DNA of 64,000 nucleotides from Candidatus Fermentibacteraceae bacterium (lineage in GTDB: Bacteria; Fermentibacterota; Fermentibacteria; Fermentibacterales; JCC-6): NCBI GenBank assembly GCA_041750285.1, contig JBGSZS010000019.1, positions 147,590-211,589 on the forward strand, read 5' to 3'. The notes under the pieces were generated by a model. It was not told where the DNA came from and ran no database searches. It saw only the letters and a program-made list of their open reading frames with translations. Each line of letters begins with the position of its first letter. Positions within the stretch are counted from its first letter, which is position 1. Made by a program: the position numbers and the translations under genes. Shown one piece after another: positions 59,676 to 64,000 of this stretch.

Positions 59676-61199
59676 TCAATGCCCCGAAAACAGACCGAAG
59701 AAGGTGCGTATTCTTGTGAGTATATCGTCACCTCCCGAACGCCTTGTGTCCTCACGGTCCTCGATGGATTCCTCACTCGCCTTTGATGCGATGCGAAGGT
59801 CGTGCAGCCTTGCCGCGAGAAGCTCTGACAGCGGTTCGGCGAGTGCAGGATTCATGCTGAAAACCCTCTCCATACCTTGTTTCTTTACAACTATCACAGT
59901 GGTTTCCTGGTTGGCGGTGACGGTTGCCGAACGAGGGTCGCCTGTGAGCAGGCTCATCTCTCCGAAGAAGCTTCCGGAACCCAGTTCAGCGACCTTGATC
60001 GACCTGTGGCCCTCACCGGCAGAGACCGAGACTTCCACGCAACCGCTCCTTATAAGGAAAAGGCTGTCGCCGGTGTCGCCCTGTTTTACCAGAACTTCGC
60101 CCGTGGTGAACCTGAGAATGGCGCAGTCTTCTGAAAGCTGCTCGAGCTCGGCATCAGGAAGGGGTCTGAAGATGTCGGTCGCTCTCAGCTCGATGAATAC
60201 CTCACGCTGCAGGCTCTGCTTCAGTCTGGCCTGTTTGTCGGGCTCGACAGAATGAAGGAAAACATCCCTGATGGGGAAAGGAATGTTCATTCCCGCCCTG
60301 TCGAGACAGTACCAGATCCTTGTTCTCACAGCGTCCTTGATGGCAGGCTTGGATGAGAAATCGGTTATCCAGAAACGGACCTCGTAGTTTATGGAGCTGT
60401 CGCTGAAACTGTCGAGGAACACAGACGGGGCAGGTCTGACGGATACACCCCGGGTGTCCGACACGGCCTTCAGAAGCACTGCCTTCACCTGTTCGGGAGG
60501 ACTCGCGTAGGAGACCCCCACGTTCACCCTGGCAAGGTTGAGTTTCGATGGCTTCATGTGGTTTTTGACAAGCGTCTTCGAAACCACCGAATTCGGGAAG
60601 AGAAGGAGGTCGTTGTTCCTGTCACGGACCGACAGACAGCGCCAGCTCGTCTCCACGACCTGGCCCTCGGTGCCGTCTATGGTTACCCAGTCATCCTTTT
60701 CGTAGGGCCTTTCAAACTGGAGGGCAAGACCGCTGAAGACGTTGCCCAGTATGTCCTGCAGGGAAAGACCTATCACCGCCGAAACAACCGTGGATGTCAC
60801 AAGGAAAGCGGTGAGTTTCACATTGAAGAGCAGGTTCAGTAGAATGAGGGCCAACCCTGCCATGAGAAGGAATGCGATGACGTCAAGAACCAGTTTTGGT
60901 ATGGGCATGCTCATGCGTTTCCGGGCCAGGTTCGCCATGAAAAGAAGGAAGAGGAAGCGCATGAGCGTGTAGAAGCCAAGCATTATCGTGAGAGACAGTG
61001 CGATTTTCGCGGTCATGGAGCCGAAGGTCACTCCGAAGACCCGAAGCAGAAGGTAGATTATCCCTGAAGCGCCGGTCAGGGCAAGCCATAGAGAGACGCT
61101 CTGATCAAGGGCCCTTCTTCGGGTGAACCAGAGCAGGAAACCCACGCCGAGCCCAAGGCTCACCGCGCTTGCCAGATTGATCCAGAACGAAGCATTCAT
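59676..61199 (-). CDS. MscS-family mechanosensitive channel with a C-terminal cNMP-binding domain
   Basis: IGLSLQDILGNVFSGL, FPNS, DSSINYEVRFW, IPFP; cNMP cassette FFGEMSLLTGDPRSATV. Confidence 0.92.
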   Translation of the reverse strand: MNASFWINLASAVSLGLGVGFLLWFTRRRALDQSVSLWLALTGASGIIYLLLRVFGVTFGSMTAKIALSLTIMLGFYTLMRFLFLLFMANLARKRMSMPIPKLVLDVIAFLLMAGLALILLNLLFNVKLTAFLVTSTVVSAVIGLSLQDILGNVFSGLALQFERPYEKDDWVTIDGTEGQVVETSWRCLSVRDRNNDLLLFPNSVVSKTLVKNHMKPSKLNLARVNVGVSYASPPEQVKAVLLKAVSDTRGVSVRPAPSVFLDSFSDSSINYEVRFWITDFSSKPAIKDAVRTRIWYCLDRAGMNIPFPIRDVFLHSVEPDKQARLKQSLQREVFIELRATDIFRPLPDAELEQLSEDCAILRFTTGEVLVKQGDTGDSLFLIRSGCVEVSVSAGEGHRSIKVAELGSGSFFGEMSLLTGDPRSATVTANQETTVIVVKKQGMERVFSMNPALAEPLSELLAARLHDLRIASKASEESIEDREDTRRSGGDDILTRIRTFFGLFSGH

Positions 61200-61274
61200 G
61201 AACACCCTCCGGTGGCTGTTACCGGCCCATTATACTTCCGTTCCATTCGTCCGGACACTGACAGGGAGAAGTGA

Positions 61275-63734
61275 TCAATCCCGGATCACTGTGAACCTTC
61301 CGCAGTTGCCTCCATCAGTCGTGGTCAGCATATAGACACCTGAAGGCAGACTGCTGCAGTCAACAGGCAGGGTTTCTCCGGGGCTGAGCGTGACACTCCG
61401 TGAAACAACGAGCCTTCCCGTGATATCGAACACATTCACCCCTCCGCTGAAGGATCCGCCATCGGCCGGCATCGAAAGGATCAGGGTCCTGCGAACGGGA
61501 TTGACTGCGATCGCAGGTTGGGCTGGCGACCCGTGGCCATGCTCGACGCCCGTCCACCCGGGAACAGTTGTGTAGATGTTCCATCCCTCGCCAGGGTTGC
61601 CAGCCCAGAAGAGCCTCTCTCCGCCACCAGCCGCTGGAAACCATGCCGGACCCTCTGGCGAGACGACCTGGGAGGGGTATCCGCCTGGAACAACGCAGCC
61701 CATGATGGTGGCGGACTCACCGAACCCCTCCTGCCAGTATACGGCGAACTGGTTCTCACCGTGCCGTCCAGCTGAGGGGCGGAATGCCTGCCCGGCAGGG
61801 GAGGCGACCTCAAACTCGCCATCGGGCAGAAGCCTTGCCCTGATCGAAGAGCCCGAAGTGTCGTCCTGCCAGACCAGAAGGACCTGTCCGTCAATTGAGA
61901 AAAGGAACGGTGAATGGCACACAGTTCCCGAAGACATCTCCGAAGGGGTACTGAAAGCCCCGCCCGATGAGACGCAGGCCATGACCCTGCTTCCCGCAGG
62001 GCTCTGCTCGACCCAGGCCAGGTACACCGAACCGCCGTCGCAAGCCATGGCGGGGGGAGCACAGAACGTTCCTGGAGAGCTCACTGCCTGAGCGGGGAAC
62101 GAACCGTCGAGGGCTGTCGCCATGACCTCGCCTCCCGTTGCCTCCCAGTTCAGCCATGCCAGCCACATCCTTTCACCGTCCCATGCCAGTTGTGGGAAAA
62201 CCTGGTAGCCGTTCTGCGGAACCCTGACCACAACATTCTCGAAGGCGTTTCCGTGGGCTGTTTTTATGCGGTAGCTGTAAGTTGCGTACTCGAAATCACT
62301 CCAGGCGAGCCAGGGAACGCCGCTGCCGTCGAAGCAGGCGGTAACGCCGGCATCCCAGTACTCGTCGGAATCGACGTAGTAGACCTGGCTCATGCTGTCG
62401 CCGTCAATGAGCCTTGCCGCAACATCAAGTCTTCCGTTCTCACCGGTCAGCCACGCTGCGACCGAAAGGTTTCCCGGCCCTCCCGCGGCTGCGGGATGGC
62501 AGTCGGAATGCTCGCTGGTCGAAACCCTGTCGTAACTGCTGAACCCCTGAGGGTCAGGCAGCCCCGCAATTGTTCCACTGCCCCCCAGTGGCCGCAGCGT
62601 AGGGTCCCCGAGTAGAGCGTTGCCGTAGAACCACGCCTTTTCCGAGCCGGAGAAGCCGCCCTGGGCCTGATACGTCCACCAGGACCGGAATGCCTCGCCG
62701 AATGCGCTGCCATTGCCTAGGGGAGTGTAGAACTGCTCGAAATCGAGCATGGATCCGGTTTTGGCGGCACCGCACACGAGAAGCCCGTAGGAGGTGCCGA
62801 AAAGGTACCAGTTGCCCAGACATCCCGATTCCACCCACCTGGCGTTCGAGCAGCTGAACAACTGGTAGAAGGCCGTACGAGGGTCGGCCATGCCTATCTC
62901 CGGAGCCATTACCGAGCCTCCGTGACCTCCCGGCACAAGGAACGTGTGACCCCACGGCGAGCTGTGGCTCATCAGGTGAACGAATTCGTAGCCCTCGCCG
63001 AGGCCCGCCAGGTAGCTGGATGCTGTTGTTGCGGCCGGGGCGTTTTCAACGGTAACCCCCGAGGAACCGTAGATCGCTCCCAGCCCGCAGTCGGAGTAGC
63101 CTGAACTCCAGTCGTCGTCAACGAAGGAAAGGGCACGGGAGTTCAGGGGCATGGAGCCTGTTCGGTAGAGGTGGTTCTTGTCGAAGTACTGGGCCAGAAC
63201 TGCGACCTCGGATGAGTAGCTCATGGCCGATGCGTCGATCCGTCCCAACCAGATCTCGGGACCCACCGAACCCGTGTGGCTGTCGTAGAAACCGTCTGAA
63301 TCGAGGTCCTGCCATGTTCCGTCGAGGTCCATCAGAAAAAGCTCGCACGGAAACTCCTCGACCGCCCAGTAGTCCTCCTCGTACCACGCGCAGGGCAGAA
63401 AACCCACTAGGATTGCGCCGTCGAGACCGGAAACACCCTGAAAGAGGGCTTTCATGTCTTCCGCGGTTCCCCCCTCCATCACCGTCATCTCAACGGTCCA
63501 TCCATCCGCCGCTATATCCGAAATGAACCTTGCGAGCTGGAAGGAAAGCGGGTCAGCAAGGTAGTCCGCCACCACGACAAGCACCTTGTCCCCCCTGCTT
63601 CCGGAGAGGGACGATACGCTGCTGAAGCCGGCGTGCCTTTCCTCGAGGGGTGACCGCGGGATTTCCGCCCTGGGGAACCCCCCATGACCCATGGGTACGA
63701 TCTGCGACATCAGGAACAGAAGAAGAGAGAACAT
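61275..63734 (-). CDS. C25 (gingipain-like) peptidase domain + beta-propeller-like region + T9SS-like C-terminal domain
   Basis: PCELF.MDLDG.W.D, PEIWLGRID, YFDKNH.YR, putative His (MSHS) and Cys (FSCS), LLGDPTL; C-terminal NPVR..FDITGRLV..LPSGVY. Confidence 0.8.
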   Translation of the reverse strand: MFSLLLFLMSQIVPMGHGGFPRAEIPRSPLEERHAGFSSVSSLSGSRGDKVLVVVADYLADPLSFQLARFISDIAADGWTVEMTVMEGGTAEDMKALFQGVSGLDGAILVGFLPCAWYEEDYWAVEEFPCELFLMDLDGTWQDLDSDGFYDSHTGSVGPEIWLGRIDASAMSYSSEVAVLAQYFDKNHLYRTGSMPLNSRALSFVDDDWSSGYSDCGLGAIYGSSGVTVENAPAATTASSYLAGLGEGYEFVHLMSHSSPWGHTFLVPGGHGGSVMAPEIGMADPRTAFYQLFSCSNARWVESGCLGNWYLFGTSYGLLVCGAAKTGSMLDFEQFYTPLGNGSAFGEAFRSWWTYQAQGGFSGSEKAWFYGNALLGDPTLRPLGGSGTIAGLPDPQGFSSYDRVSTSEHSDCHPAAAGGPGNLSVAAWLTGENGRLDVAARLIDGDSMSQVYYVDSDEYWDAGVTACFDGSGVPWLAWSDFEYATYSYRIKTAHGNAFENVVVRVPQNGYQVFPQLAWDGERMWLAWLNWEATGGEVMATALDGSFPAQAVSSPGTFCAPPAMACDGGSVYLAWVEQSPAGSRVMACVSSGGAFSTPSEMSSGTVCHSPFLFSIDGQVLLVWQDDTSGSSIRARLLPDGEFEVASPAGQAFRPSAGRHGENQFAVYWQEGFGESATIMGCVVPGGYPSQVVSPEGPAWFPAAGGGERLFWAGNPGEGWNIYTTVPGWTGVEHGHGSPAQPAIAVNPVRRTLILSMPADGGSFSGGVNVFDITGRLVVSRSVTLSPGETLPVDCSSLPSGVYMLTTTDGGNCGRFTVIRD

Positions 63735-63855
63735 TGCAGCTCCTTGAAAGGGGAAAACAACCACATCATTATACAAAAGCCCACCGGTACGAAAACCCGG
63801 ACCTTACACGCGGGAATGTGGAATATTCATGGGTTTGTTGCGAAGAAAGCTTTGT

Positions 63856-64000
63856 GAGACGGTCAAGCCCGAGTTAGTGTGCAAATTCATGAACCGCCTC
63901 CCTGGCTGGTTCCCCCGCGAGTTGGTCTGATCTGAGGGTTTTCACCCATTCCCAGTACTCAGTCATATCAAAGTACTTCCTGCCCTCGCTCCATGCCTCG
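63856..64000 (-). mobile_element. Right end of an IS256-family insertion sequence (continues outside the window)
   Basis: Terminal sequence GAGACGGTCAAGCCCGAGTTAGTGTGCAAATT resembles IS256-family inverted repeats and contains the transposase stop codon. Confidence 0.75.
63874..63999 (-). CDS. C-terminal fragment of an IS256-family transposase
   Basis: The minus strand reads EAWSEGRKYFDMTEYWEWVK...HEFAH*. ExW..GRxY..M is the characteristic IS256 transposase C-terminal motif. Not in the ORF track. Confidence 0.75.
   Translation of the reverse strand, partial: EAWSEGRKYFDMTEYWEWVKTLRSDQLAGEPAREAVHEFAH

Noticed and set aside
63830..63866. Hybrid promoter formed by the IS256 TTGACC
   Set aside because: The hexamers 16-18 bp downstream do not resemble a -10 box.

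Overview
A GC-rich, densely coding bacterial chromosomal window using the standard genetic code (many genes end in TGA, often with ATGA/GTGA overlaps). It is most likely from an anaerobic FCB-group candidate lineage such as Ca. Fermentibacterota; this is inferred from T9SS-like C-terminal domains, (S/T)WGxIK-type tails and gene content. Housekeeping and envelope genes: ppdK, gpsA, aroB, tatC, pilD, a lipid A-type acyltransferase, a sugar-nucleotide cluster and a porin. Signalling and transport: two diguanylate cyclases, two hybrid kinases, an ECF sigma module, a two-permease RND system and an MscS-cNMP channel. Also present: a DUF6504-dinB-DUF72 cassette with an SOS-box-like operator, a tungsten-type aldehyde:ferredoxin oxidoreductase and several peptidases (S9 x2, M28, C25-like x2). 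The standout, missed by the ORF track, is a secreted protein gene (35157..34537, minus strand) with an in-frame TGA in a CxxU context followed 11 nt later by a bacterial-SECIS-like hairpin, i.e. a candidate exported selenoprotein of a family I do not recognise. Other unannotated elements are a 150-bp MITE/REPIN-like hairpin with perfect 32-bp terminal inverted repeats and TAA flanks, and the end of an IS256-family element at the right edge. No rRNA, tRNA or CRISPR array was seen. All calls are by-eye motif recognition; no searches were run.
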